DNA from: Malacoraja senta
Taxonomy: Eukaryota
Assembly: GCA_038087875.1 (NCBI GenBank)
Contig: CM075989.1
Span: 11,036,001-11,100,000, forward strand
Reading direction: 5' to 3'
Length of the DNA stretch: 64,000 nucleotides
Positions 52,692 to 64,000 of the stretch are shown one piece after another. Within the stretch, counting starts at the first letter, position 1. Each line of letters opens with the position of its first letter. The notes beneath the pieces are model-generated. The model was not told the DNA's origin. It saw only the letters and a list, made by a program, of their open reading frames with translations, and did not search any database. Both the position numbers and the translations under genes were made by a program.

Positions 52692-55060
52692 CAATGCCCT
52701 CCATAATATTTGGGACAAAGACCCATCATTTATTTATTTGCCTCTGTACTCCACAATTTGAGGGTTGTAATAGAAAAAAAATCACGTGGTTGAATTGAAT
52801 TGAATTAGACTTTATTAATCCCCTTATTCAGGGGAAATTCAGATGTCCTTGCAGCACACTAATAAAATACAACATAGTATTAAAAAGAAGTTCAACACCA
52901 AAACATCCCCCCACAGTGGTTCCCACTGTGGGGGAAGGCACAAAGTCCAGTCCCCATCCTCTTGTTCACGCAGAGTCGGGCCCATTGAGGCCTCCACAGT
53001 CGCCGCCACGGCGCCCGATGTTCTCGCCGGGTGATGGTGCTCCGGCGTCGGGAGAACCCCCCAGCGGCTTGGGGTACCAGGAACGACAACCTTCCCACCG
53101 AAGACCGCGGCTTCCAAGCCAACAGACCGCGCCGGACGGAGCCCCACACACTGGCAATCTCAGCGAGAGATCCCAGGCTCCGGGATGTAACATTCAGCGT
53201 CGCAGCTGGGCCGCTCCACAGAACTGCTGCTCCACGATGTTCTCATCGGCGGTCCCAGCATACTGGAGTTCCAGCGCGGCGACCCAGGAAAGGCATCGCC
53301 CGCTCCACGACAGCGCTCCAGCGCTGCACCGCCGCCAAAGTCGATGTTCTGCGCCGCCGCCAAAGCCGATGTTCTGGCCAGGTCCCCTCAGGGAAACGTC
53401 GCTCCAGGACCCGCTGGTAGGCCGCAAGGACAGGTCGAAGGCGCTGCTCGGGGGAAGGCAACCCCTCCGACCAGGTAGGGACTTGAAAAGCAGTTTCCCC
53501 CTTCCCCCCCACCACCCCCCCCACACATAAAAAGATTAGGCCCCCTGACTGCACACTCAACGTACTAAAAATAATAAAAAAGAAGGGAAAAAAACAGACA
53601 GCTGCAGGACAGGCAGCCGTTCTGGACAGCGCCTCCTCAGAATGGTTAAAGTGCACATTGTCAGATTTTAATAAGAGCAATTTTTATACATTTTGGTTTC
53701 ACCATGTAGAAATTACAGCAGTGTTTATACATAGTCTCCCCATTTCAGGGCACCACAATTTTTGGGACACAGCAATGTAACGTAAATGAAAGCAGTCATG
53801 TTTAGTATTTTGTTGCATATCCTTTGCATGCAATGACTGCTTGAAGTTTGTGATTCACGAGTTGCTGGGCGTCTTCTCTGGTGATGCTCTGCCAGGCCTG
53901 TATTGCAGCAATCTTTAGCTTATGCTTGTTTTGGGGGTTAGTCCCCTTCAGTTTTCTCTTCAGCATATAAAAGGCATGCTCAATTGGGTTCAGATTGGGC
54001 GATTGACTTGGCCACTCAAGAATTGACCATTTTTTAGCTTTGAAAAACTCCTTTGTTGCTTTAGCAATATGTTTAGGATCATTGTCTTGCTGTAGAATGA
54101 ACTGCCGGCCAATGAGTTTTGAGGCATTTGTTTGAACTTGAGCAGATAGGATGTGTCCATACACTTCAGAACTCATTATGCTACTACCATCAGCAGTTGT
54201 ATCATCAATGAAGATAAGTGAGCCTGTACCTTCAGCAGCCATACATGCCCAGGCCATAACACTCCCACCACCGTTTCATAGATGAGGTGGTATGCTTTGG
54301 ATCTTGGGCAGTTCCTTCTCTCCTCCATACTTTGATCTTGCCATCATTCTGATATAAATTAATCTTCATCTCATCTGTTCACAAGACCTTTTTTCCAGAA
54401 CTGTGGTTGCTCTTTTAAGTACTTCTTGGCAAACTGTAACCTGGCCATCCTACTTTTACAGCTAACCAGTGGTTTGCATCTTGCAGTGTAGCCTCTGCAT
54501 TTCTGTTCATGAAGTCTTCTGCAGACAGTGGTCATTGACAAATCCACACCTGACTCCTCTGTCAGACAGGTGTTTGGGGATTTTTCTTTATTATAGAGAG
54601 AATGCTTCTGTCATCAGCTGCGGAGGTCTTCCTTGGCCTGCCAGTCCCTTTGCGATTTGTTAGCTCACCAGTGCTCTCTTTCTTCTTAATGATGTTCCAA
54701 ACAGTTGATTTTGGTAAGCCTAAGGTTTGGCTGATGCCTCTAACAGTTTTATTATTGTTTCTCAGTCTCATAATGGCTTCTTTGACTTTCATTGGCACAA
54801 CTTTGGTCCTCGTGTTGATAAACAGCAATAAAAGTTTCCAAAAGTGATGGAAAGACTGGAGAAAAGACTAGGTGCTGAGAGCTCTCTTATACCTGCATTA
54901 AGGAGGCAATTAAACACCACCTGAGCAATTAGAAACACCTGTGAACCCATGTGTCCCAAACATTATGGTGCCCTGAAATGGGGGGACTATGTATAAACAC
55001 TGCTGTAATTTCTACACGGTGAAACCAAAATGTATAAAACTACCCTTTAATAAAATCTGA
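52692..55060 (-). mobile_element. Tc1/mariner DNA transposon, degenerate, IR/DR-type long TIRs
   Basis: TA|CAATG terminus. Transposase fragments 54562-54828 (HTH, GRPRKT) and 53802-54257 (QDNDPKH, SPNLNPIEH). TIR segments ~53660-53770 and ~54952-55060; the right TIR is truncated. Confidence 0.9.
52792..53642 (-). mobile_element. Related GC-rich non-autonomous retroelement nested in the Tc1 TIR
   Basis: TGGTT TSD (52787-52791 / 53643-53647), (ATTCA)n tail, 3' hairpin variant. Confidence 0.75.
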
Positions 55061-56196
55061 AATTCTGAAAAATTAATCCTGTTTCTCTCTTCACAAATGC
55101 TTCCTGATCTGTTGAGCTTTCCAACATTTTCTGTTTTTGTATGTAACGTTTTCCTCACAGTTAAACATTTCTAATCCAATTTATATTGTTTCACTTCACA
55201 AATTCAATATATAAAGTTGGTTCATAACTTGAAAATATTTGCTCACAGCACTGATTGTTATTTCTCCACTTGCAGTCCTAGTATCCTTAACCTCTCACTT
55301 TGATTTAAGATGTTTAGTAAAGACACCCACTTTCAATATATCAGATTCTTCTACATTCAGAAATATATACACGACAGTACAAATTAAATCGGCAATGTTT
55401 AGAAACAGATTTTTCTTCAATCGTCCCCCATCTTCATTTCACACAAAGCTTGGAAATAAATTATTCTGCATTCTCAGTACCTCTCTCAGACTATTATACT
55501 TGTACTGGAGGATAATCTATAATTTAGCATTGACAAATGGATTTTCTATCTGTGACTTTTACAATGAATTGAAATGTAAGTTGTGGCTTAACTTTACCTT
55601 TGAGTCAAAGAGTTATGGCTTCATAGTCCCACATCAACTTGAACCCCAAATTAAAGCAGAGTACAACCACACATATGGATATACTGTGCTATGTATGATC
55701 ATTAGACCAAATCCCAATCTGCCCCTCAGATAATGTTTGCATTCCGCTGTCTTGGGGAAAGATCTCCGTGCTATTCTGAAGAAGAAGCAGTTAATTTCAT
55801 TAACCTAACTATTATTTGTCCCTCAACCAACACCACAATAATATTAATTGCATATCACTCAGCTCTTAATGGCAATTCACTGCTATATTGTCTAACAAAG
55901 ACCACGAGTAAAAATTGCTTCATTGAGTGTAAAATGCTTAAGTCCACCATGCATTCTTCAATAGCACTGCAGAAATTACTATTATTGTATTTCTATTATC
56001 CAGGAGACTTGAAAGGAAATAGAAAAGTAAGTTAAAGTGGTGAAAGTGGGAAAAGCGATTATGTTGTTAAGATGCTAGTGTGGGTGGTGGATGAGGCTAC
56101 AACTCATTGACTCCGAGCAAGAGGAAACTATAACTGAATTAGTAATAGCCAGGATGATGAGAATTAAATACTAGAGAAAAATATTGGATACAATGA

Positions 56197-56650
56197 TTCT
56201 TCTTCTTCTTCTTCTTCTTCTTGCAAATGAAACATAAACCAAAGGAATAGTTAGATCTCAAGCCGGGGGTTGAGCAGCCAGGTTCTTGTCTCTGCGTCAA
56301 TGTCTGCCATTTGGTGGGTGGTAGAGTGGGCACCCAGAGATGACATGGTTGGCTGTCTGTTGTTCTGCTCCGCATTCACAGGCTGGGCTCTGGCAGAGTC
56401 CCCATCTCCACACGCTGGCATTGAAACGCCCAACTCCAGTACGAAGTCTGTTGAGCTTCACCCATGCTCCTCTGGGGAGGCGAGGCCCTGGACAGCTTTT
56501 ATCTGGTGAAGAGATGCAGCTGTGTAATGGAGATGAGATTGCCTTCCACTCCTGTGACCATTTGGTGGCTATCCAGGGTGCTTTTGAACATTACGTATCC
56601 TCCAAAATCAAACCTTGGAACAGCTGTAGAGACTGTCATGTATATACAAA
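56197..56650 (-). mobile_element. Vingi/Ingi-type LINE 3' fragment
   Basis: Translates to AWVKLNRLRTGVGRFNASVWRWGLCQSPACECGAEQQTANHVISGCP (CCHC-type C-terminus); (GAA)n tail. Confidence 0.75.
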
Positions 56651-59600
56651 TGACATGCTGAAATGTTTAATACAATTTTAAAAGAACGTAATTGAAAAAG
56701 AAAATATAAATTAATTAGATCTGTCTTTTTTTTTCAGCCCATTATGATACATCATTAAAAATGCCCATTTTGTTTAACTTTCACAGATGCTTTTTACAAC
56801 TTAACAGTAAGTAAATAGGTTTACATTTTACTTTAGAGGTGGGATGTCACAGGTAATAGGATATGAAGCTTAGTGCTAGCAAGATAAAATAAACTTCAGC
56901 GGTAAAATAAATGACATCAGTAAAGCATGAGATGATTCACCAGGGATCCATTCTAGTAAAGTCTGATGGAGAAACATTATTTTCAAATAACTAGTTCCAG
57001 GATTTTACCTTTCATTATAGCTGAGGTTGCAGAGAGTGGTGGACTCAGTCCATTTCATCACACGCACAGCCCTCTCCCCATCAAAACCATGTGCATGAGT
57101 AGCTGCTTCAAGAAGACGCCATCTATCATCAAGGATCTCCACCATCATCTCTCTGCTACCATCGAGCAGAAGGTACAAATGCTTGAAATCCAACACCAAC
57201 AGGTTCAAAACAACTATGTTTTTTAACCGACCTGCAAAACCTTATCCAAGTTTACCTCAGTAACGGAACGCTAGGACCCCCTCTTACACTACCATGGTCT
57301 TGTTTTCTAATTTTGTTTTGTAGTACTGTCTTTTTTTTTTTTGCAGTCTTTTTCTTTTCACTGGTAAAAATAACAAATTGCCAAAGAAAAACAGCGGGTC
57401 ATGTATCTGTGGAGGGAAATGGACAGACAATGGTGCGGGCTGGGATCCTTCCTCTGCCTGACTTAGTCTGAAGAAGGGCACTGCTCCAAAGCATTGTCTG
57501 CCCATTTCTCTCCACAGACACTGCCTGACCCGTTGAGTTCCTCCACCTCCAGCGTTTAGTTTTTTACACAAGATTCCTGAATTTGCAGTCCCTTAGTCTT
57601 TCTTTTTACAGTCTTGTACAATTTATATCCAATTTACATTTAATTTATGTTTGTATGTATTGTCTGAGGCTATGTGCACAGGATACTGCTGTGAACAAGA
57701 TTTTTAATTGTACCTGTACCTCATCATACTTGTGCATATGACAATACACGAGAAGAAAGATCAGGCATGGAAAATGTGATGGTTTAAGAATGCCACAACT
57801 TAAAACTAATGTTTGACGAAAATCACCAGACAATCTCTCAAAGTGATTGGTTTTCTGTGGGTGCCTCAGGTCCAGAGTCCCAACCGTCTGAAGAAGGGTC
57901 TCGACCTGAAACATCACCTAGCCTTGTTCTCCAGGGATGCCGCATGACCCGATTGAGCGGGTCCAGCACTTTGTGTCTATTTGTGTATTATCCAGCATCT
58001 GCAGTTCTTTGTTTCTGCACTATAACCCTTCTGCTCTTTATGGAAGTTAGATTTTGCAATTTACAACAACAGCAAGTGAGGAGCCTGAAATCAAATAACT
58101 TCATTTCAAATTTCTACAAATACATTTGGTACAACACACAAAAGGTTATAAGTGAAAGGAGCAGAATTAGGCCATTCAGCCCATCAAGTCTACTCCGCCA
58201 TTCAATCATGGCTGATCTACCTCTCCCTCCTAACCCCATTCTCCTGCCTTCTCCCCATAACCCAAAATCACCTATGATATAAACAGGGGAAAAAAATAAT
58301 AGACACTCAGGAGGTAATTTAATTTCATTGTTCCATTTCAGACATAGGACAATGAAACAATCTTGACTCTTGAGGTGTTTACTTCAGATTTCCATCAACT
58401 GCAGTCTAAACAAATAAATTCACAAATCATTTAAACTACTCACAGATCTCCAGCCGAGCTGAGAGTTGCTGATTGCGGATGTTTCTCTGACAGATACCTG
58501 GCTCGGAGGCGCTTTCTTGAACTCGACTGACTGTAACACTGATAAAGAAATGTGATCTCTGCCCCTTTCTCCACAGACGCTGCCCGACACGTTGAGCGTG
58601 GTAGGAAGTTCATCAGTTCATTATAGGAGCAGAATTAGGCCATTCGGTCCATCAAGTCTGCTCCACCATTAAATCATGGCTGATCTATCTTTCCCTCTCA
58701 ACCATTCTCCAGCCTTCTCCCCATAACCTCTGACACCAATACTAATCAAGAATCTGTTAATCTCTGCCTTAAAAATATCCATCTCCAAGCAATTTGCTGA
58801 TAAATCTGCTTTATTTTCTGAGCAGGGATCTGTTGAGCGTGAAGTCCCTAAAAGATAATTATTCTCCTCTCTTAAACCTTTTGAGATTGCAACAGAATGA
58901 GCAAGAATATTATGGCAGCACATGGACGCTTTTTCATAAAACCATGTTAATCAATTATTATCAGTGGGAACTAAAAGCTAAATATCTTCAATCTGATCTT
59001 CCGGGTCACTGCAGACTACAATTCTTGCTACTATGGATGCCTGCTCTTTCACAGAACACGTATGAAGAAGCAACAATGAGCCATTTAATCAATTCATTGC
59101 ATGTGCTCTCTGAGCCTGATTGTTGACTTGTGTATCTGTAGATAAAAGGCAGACAAGATGGCCAGAAAATGCCCTTCCACCATATGCTATGATGATTTAG
59201 TCTATATTTAAAATGTTCCCATGTTTTAAATGAACTCTACTGACAAAAAAAATCGGAATCAGATTAAACTAAAACCATTTACAATAGTTAGAACTGAACA
59301 TTATTTTAAGAATCATCATGACCGACAGCGCAGAAAAGGCTGACATCCCAATAGACTGGTGTCAGCTCTTTGACATATCTTTAATTAGGCCAATCCTTTC
59401 TCTGAAGCACTTCAATTTCTCACCTTCAAGTATTCATTAGTATCCTCTACACTGCAATGCATTCTCTTCAGCAATAAGTGGTTGGATAATGGACAATGAC
59501 AGCTCAGCATAACTGCCATCATCTGTTGGTCAAGAGCTCTTACTCGGTCAGGGTACAATCTGATTGGCTGCCGTTTTGAAGCACCTACTGCGATGCGATG

Positions 59601-60489
59601 CGAGACTCACTCGGAGAGAGACCAGATGTGCTAAATGTTCTTAACATTAATAACTTTCTACAGCTTTGTCTGTATAATAGACTCTAGTACAGCGAGCAGT
59701 TAAATGGCAAATGTAATTTAGTTCAAGAAATCAACCCTTGGAATCACACCAGCCAGTACTGACTGTGGACTGCAAGTCACTATTAATTTGGACAGTCATA
59801 CTGGATCCCAGTTTCTGCAGTAAGAGTATAAGCGATCTCTATCGTAAAAGAGCATTAATTTTGCAAAGCAATGGTAAATAATACCAAGATTGTCAAAAGG
59901 ACATAATAGTCTAAAATATTTCAGAAATTCATAATCATTTTCCAAGACTTCTTTCGATGATTCTTTGGTTCCGGTCAATTTTTCGTTTCTAGCCTGACCA
60001 TTTGTCACGATGTGGGGGGTTGATGGGAATTTGAGAATACACTTCACACATTATGATGGCAGATACTGAACTATTAATCCAGTCCCATTTCCCAGGTTTT
60101 GTCCCATGGTTAACCAAGCCACGAACCATTAAAGGCTGGAATATGAGGAGTTACAACTGAAGGTTTGGCATTTCCAACAACATAACGTTCTCAAACATTC
60201 AGCAAGATGGGTCAGCTCTGTTGAGCTGGTGGAGTTTATCAAGAGAAAAGAGTTTGAACTGTCATATGTACAGACAACAGAACAATGCAATTCTTACTTG
60301 CAGCAGCATAAACGGCCTGTAACACAATACACATAGATAATATGATAAACAAAAAAATCAATAAATTAGTCATTCCAATGGGGTAACACTCACAGTAGGG
60401 TGAATTCATGTAATATATTTTATGTACAGTGGTAAAAAAAGTCCAGGAACGGTAAGATGGGCAGAAAATGCCCACCCATCACATAAGGT

Positions 60490-60770
60490 CACAAGGAATA
60501 GGAGTAGAATTAGGCCATTCGGCCCATCAGGTCTACGCCACCATTCAATCATAGCTGATCTATCTCTACCTCCTAATCCCATTGTCTTCCCTTCTCCCCA
60601 GAACCTCTGACACCCATACTAATCAAGAATCTGTTAATCTCTGCCTTATAAATGTCCATTGACGGCCTCCACAGTCGCATATCGCAATAAATTCCACAAT
60701 TTCACCACCCTCTGACTAACGAAATTCCTCATCATCTCCTTTCTAAAGGTAAGTCTTTTAAATTCTGGAA
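60490..60770 (-). mobile_element. CR1 3' tail fragment (similar pieces at 28970-29340, 58150-58260, 58620-58790)
   Basis: CR1 3' UTR similarity (gaattaggccattcggccc...). Confidence 0.75.
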
Positions 60771-60789
60771 GCCGGCCAGCCGTGGCAGG

Positions 60790-61957
60790 AAGCAGGCCAG
60801 CGGTGTAGTCAACCGGCCAGTGGTTGTCGGAAACCACCCAGTGGTGCAGGAAACTAGCCAGTGGTTGCAGGAAACTGGCCAGTGGTTTGTAGTAAACTGG
60901 CCAGTGGTTGTAGGAAACTAGCCAGAGGTTGTAGTAAACTGGCCAGTGGTTGTCGTAAACCACCCAGTGGTTGCAGGAAACTGGCCAGTGGTTTGTAGTA
61001 AACTGGCTGGTGGTTGTAGGAAACTAGCCAGAGGCTGTAGTAAACTGGCCAGTGGTTGTCGTAAACCACCCAGTGGTTGTAGTAAACTGGCCAGTGGTTG
61101 CAGTAAACTGGCCAGAGGTTGTAATAAACTGGCCAGTGGTTGTAGGAAACTAGCCAGTGGTTGTAGTAAACTGGCCAGTGGTTGTAGTAAACTGGCCAGA
61201 GGTTGTAGTAAACTAGCCAGTGGTTGTAGGAAACTAGCCAGAGGTTGTAGTAAACTGGCCAGAGGTTGTAGTAAACTGGCCAGTGGTTGTAGTAAACTGG
61301 CCAGTAGTTGTAGTAAACTGGCCAGTGGTTGTAGTAAACCGGCCAGTAGTTGTAGTAAACTGGCCAGTGGTTGTAGTAAACTGGCCAGTGGTTGTTGTAA
61401 ACTGGCCAGTGGTTGTAGTAAACTGGCCAGTGGTTGTAGTAAACCGGCCAGTGGTTGTAGTAAACCGGCCAGTGGTTGTAGTAAACCGGCCAGTGGTTGT
61501 AGTAAACTGGCCAGTGGTTGTAGTAAACTGGCCAGTGGTTGTAGTAAACTGGCCAGTGGTTGTAGTAAACTGGCCAGTGGTTGTAGTAAACTGGCCAGTG
61601 GTTGTAGTAAACTGGCCAGTGGTTGTAGTAAACCACCCAGTGATTGTAGTAAACTGGCCAGTGGTTGTAGTAAACCACCCAGTGGTTGTAGTAAACTAGC
61701 CAGTGGTTGTAGTAAACTGGCCAGTGGTTGTAGTAAACTGGCCAGTGGTTGTAGTAAACCACCCAGTGATTGTAGTAAACTGGCCAGTGGTTGTAGTAAA
61801 CCACCCAGTGGTTGTAGTAAACTAGCCAGTGGTTGTAGTAAACTGGCCAGTGGTTGTAGTAAACCACCCAGTGGTTGTAGTAAACTAGCCAGTGGTTGTA
61901 GTAAACTGGCCAGTGGTTGTAGTAAACCACCCAGTGATTGTAGTAAACTGCCCAGTG
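60790..61957. repeat. 21-bp minisatellite (GTGGTTGTAGTAAACTGGCCA)n, ~55 units
   Basis: Direct tandem array with unit variants CTAG, CCGG and CCACC; degenerates toward the left end. Confidence 0.97.
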
Positions 61958-62687
61958 CCATTCCCAGTGAAGGACAGTGAGTGGAGATGATTGAGGAGGT
62001 GTTAACCTGCCAGCGCACCTCTAGCGGTTGGTCGCTGCTTCCCAGGTTGGCTGAGAACATATGTAAGAGAATAAAAACTGCTAACAACAACAATAATGCT
62101 TCTGGGGGCACGTTTTAGATGGCTGGATCGTGTCTCTCTCATGAGCCGGCCTGGCCCTAACTGTTTACTTTAAAGCACAAAGTTTTATTTAGAAAGAAGC
62201 CTAAGATCAGGAACATTCTTGATGTAGTTGGTCACACAGTCCCATTTAACCTTCTCCATGGTTGAGTAACATTTCATCTAAGGTCTCAGCTTCACATTGT
62301 CAAGCCTCATAACCTCTGTGTCCCCTGTGGTGCAAACCCATTGATCACCCTAGAGAGCCGGTCACTCGCATTCAAGTCCCACTGGATACCACTGCTTAAA
62401 TATTTTGATCCAGTGAAACTATTTTAAAACCATGGTGTTTAAACCATTGGAATATTATTAATCTATTACTCTATTGATATTATTACTTTTATAAATCTTT
62501 CCAGTTTATGTTCTTGCAACATCCCACAATAGAGTAATTAAGAACATATAATGGTTCATATTCAGAATGATAAATATATATGGTTAGCAGATAAATTGTG
62601 ATGGAAAATCGCAAATGTTAGCTGCTGCCACAGTAATAATGACTAACTAATGAATCGTTTTAAGTAATAGTGAGTCTGTCAGTGTAT

Positions 62688-62914
62688 GGGAGACAAAAGT
62701 GCTGGAGAAACTCAGCAGGTGAGGCAGCATCGATGGAGCGAAGGAAATAGGCAACGTTTCTGATCGAAATTCTTCTTCAGACTCTGAGGAAGGGTTTCGG
62801 CCCGAAACGTTGCCTATTTCCTTCGCTCCATAGTTGGTGCCTCACCTGCTGAGTTTCTCCAGCACTTTTGTCTACCTTGGATTTTCCAGCATCTGCAGTT
62901 CCTTCTTAAACAAC
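62688..62914. mobile_element. Inverted dimer of the hammerhead-core short element
   Basis: Two head-to-head copies; AGTCTGTCARTGTAT duplicated at the flanks. Confidence 0.8.
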
Positions 62915-63039
62915 AGTCTGTCAATGTATAGTGGCCTTCCATTAAAGTTAAATATAGAAGCATTGAGAGATTTGCGAGGGTGAGAGGATTGTATCACAAC
63001 TCTAAACGTGGCAGTTAGTCAGTGGCGCTGTTTTTCATT

Positions 63040-63442
63040 TTAATTTTTTCTTAACCAAAAATAATTTAAATCAACTATTTACAGTACAAAAATACACACA
63101 AAAATACAAACAAACCCACCACCATAATACAAAATAAAGCAAGTATTATTAAATATTAGATCACTATTTCCCCATCCCCATACATTCCACCCCCCTGCGG
63201 TGCCCAACGGTCCCGGAAATCCCTCATGGTGCCCTTGGGCAGCACATGGTCCCTTTCTATTACCACCCGGGCATGGACGTAGCCCCGGAAAAGGGGCAGG
63301 CAGCCTGCTCGGGCAGAGCCCTCTTCCGCCTGGTGCCGTGACTCACGGATGGCCAACTTGGCCTGGCCTAGGAGCAACCCAACCAGGACATCTTCAGCCC
63401 TACTCTCTCTCATACGCATAAGGTGTCCGAACATGAGGATGG
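63040..63442 (-). mobile_element. Tx1/L1-clade LINE 3' end, cut by the gap
   Basis: LLLGQAKLAI...CLPLFRGYVHARV...FRDRWAPQG resembles the Tx1 ORF2 C-terminus; T-rich 3' UTR. Confidence 0.7.
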
Positions 63443-63642
63443 NNNNNNNNNNNNNNNNNNNNNNNNNNNNNNNNNNNNNNNNNNNNNNNNNNNNNNNNNN
63501 NNNNNNNNNNNNNNNNNNNNNNNNNNNNNNNNNNNNNNNNNNNNNNNNNNNNNNNNNNNNNNNNNNNNNNNNNNNNNNNNNNNNNNNNNNNNNNNNNNNN
63601 NNNNNNNNNNNNNNNNNNNNNNNNNNNNNNNNNNNNNNNNNN
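63443..63642. other. Assembly gap (200 N)
   Basis: Run of N. Confidence 1.
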
Positions 63643-63868
63643 CTATCGTACACACACTAGGGACAATTTACAATTTTATCAAAGCCAATCAGCCTACAAA
63701 CCAGTAGGTCTTTAGTGTGTGGGAGGAAAGTGGGGCTCCTGGAGAAAACCCACGCTGGTCTAGGGGGAGAACGTACAAACTCCATACTGACAGCACCTGT
63801 AGTCAGGATCGAACCCCGGTCTCTGTCGCCGTTAGGCAGCAACTCTACTGCTGCGCCACTGTGCCATC
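63643..63868 (-). mobile_element. tRNA-derived SINE (HE1-like); degenerate copies at 8950-9170, 13545-13850, 44070-44400
   Basis: TGGCGCAGCAGTAG A box, GGTTCGATCC B box. Confidence 0.85.
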
Positions 63869-63912
63869 CTACTAGTAGGACAATGGACTTGGTGGAAACT
63901 CCCCACACTTAC

Positions 63913-64000
63913 TTGTGTCCCAGCTCATGAGCGACGGTGAATGCCAGGGGGAGCCCCGAGTCCTCGTTGATGCTGCAGCTCCTGTGAGGCTGGCACATTC
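63913..64000 (-). CDS. ADAMTS7: ADAMTS7-type metalloprotease exon, partial (MCQPHRSCSINEDSGLPLAFTVAHELGH)
   Basis: HExxH zinc-binding motif in ADAMTS7/12 context, gtaagt donor at 63912. ADAMTS7 is preferred because it neighbours MORF4L1 in other vertebrates. Confidence 0.8.

Noticed and set aside
58444-58533. AG/GT-bounded minus-strand segment open in all three frames
   Set aside because: No resemblance to ADAMTS7 or any protein I recognise, and no partner exons identified.
60790-61957. CRISPR-like array
   Set aside because: No unique spacers; a contiguous tandem repeat in a vertebrate genome.
62010-62030. CTCF-like motifs (also ~43253 and ~46127)
   Set aside because: Each deviates from the core consensus by an indel or mismatch; not supportable without data.
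60854-62111. Long ORFs (344-397 aa) over the minisatellite, one with a signal-peptide-like start
   Set aside because: A 21-bp unit keeps several frames open by construction; the hydrophobic start begins at GTG and is a T-rich tract.

Overview
Vertebrate genomic DNA, most likely a cartilaginous fish (skate/ray), judged from HE1-type SINEs, CR1 tails and Penelope-derived short repeats. Genes, all on the minus strand: MORF4L1/MRG15 coding exons 1-10 (34817 to 702; the last exons lie beyond the left edge) with a CpG-island promoter; a tRNA-Lys(CTT) about 5 kb upstream; an intronless RXFP3-family (rxfp3.3-like) GPCR, possibly frameshifted near its C-terminus; and one ADAMTS7-type zinc-binding exon just beyond a 200-N gap. 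The rest is dense with mobile DNA: CR1, Rex/Babar-L2, Penelope, Tx1, Vingi, a Tc1, tRNA-SINEs and a 21-bp minisatellite. Three observations stand out. (1) Two 31-36 bp CAAAGAT...ATCTTTG micro-insertions with exact 8-bp target-site duplications (TSDs) resemble P-element excision footprints. (2) An abundant ~100-140 bp element carries a minimal hammerhead-ribozyme core (CTGA-N-GA...GAAA) and inserts with its own 8-16 bp TSDs, often as inverted dimers. (3) A GC-rich non-coding retroelement family has a covarying 3' hairpin and is nested in other repeats. Repeat boundaries were read by eye and are approximate.
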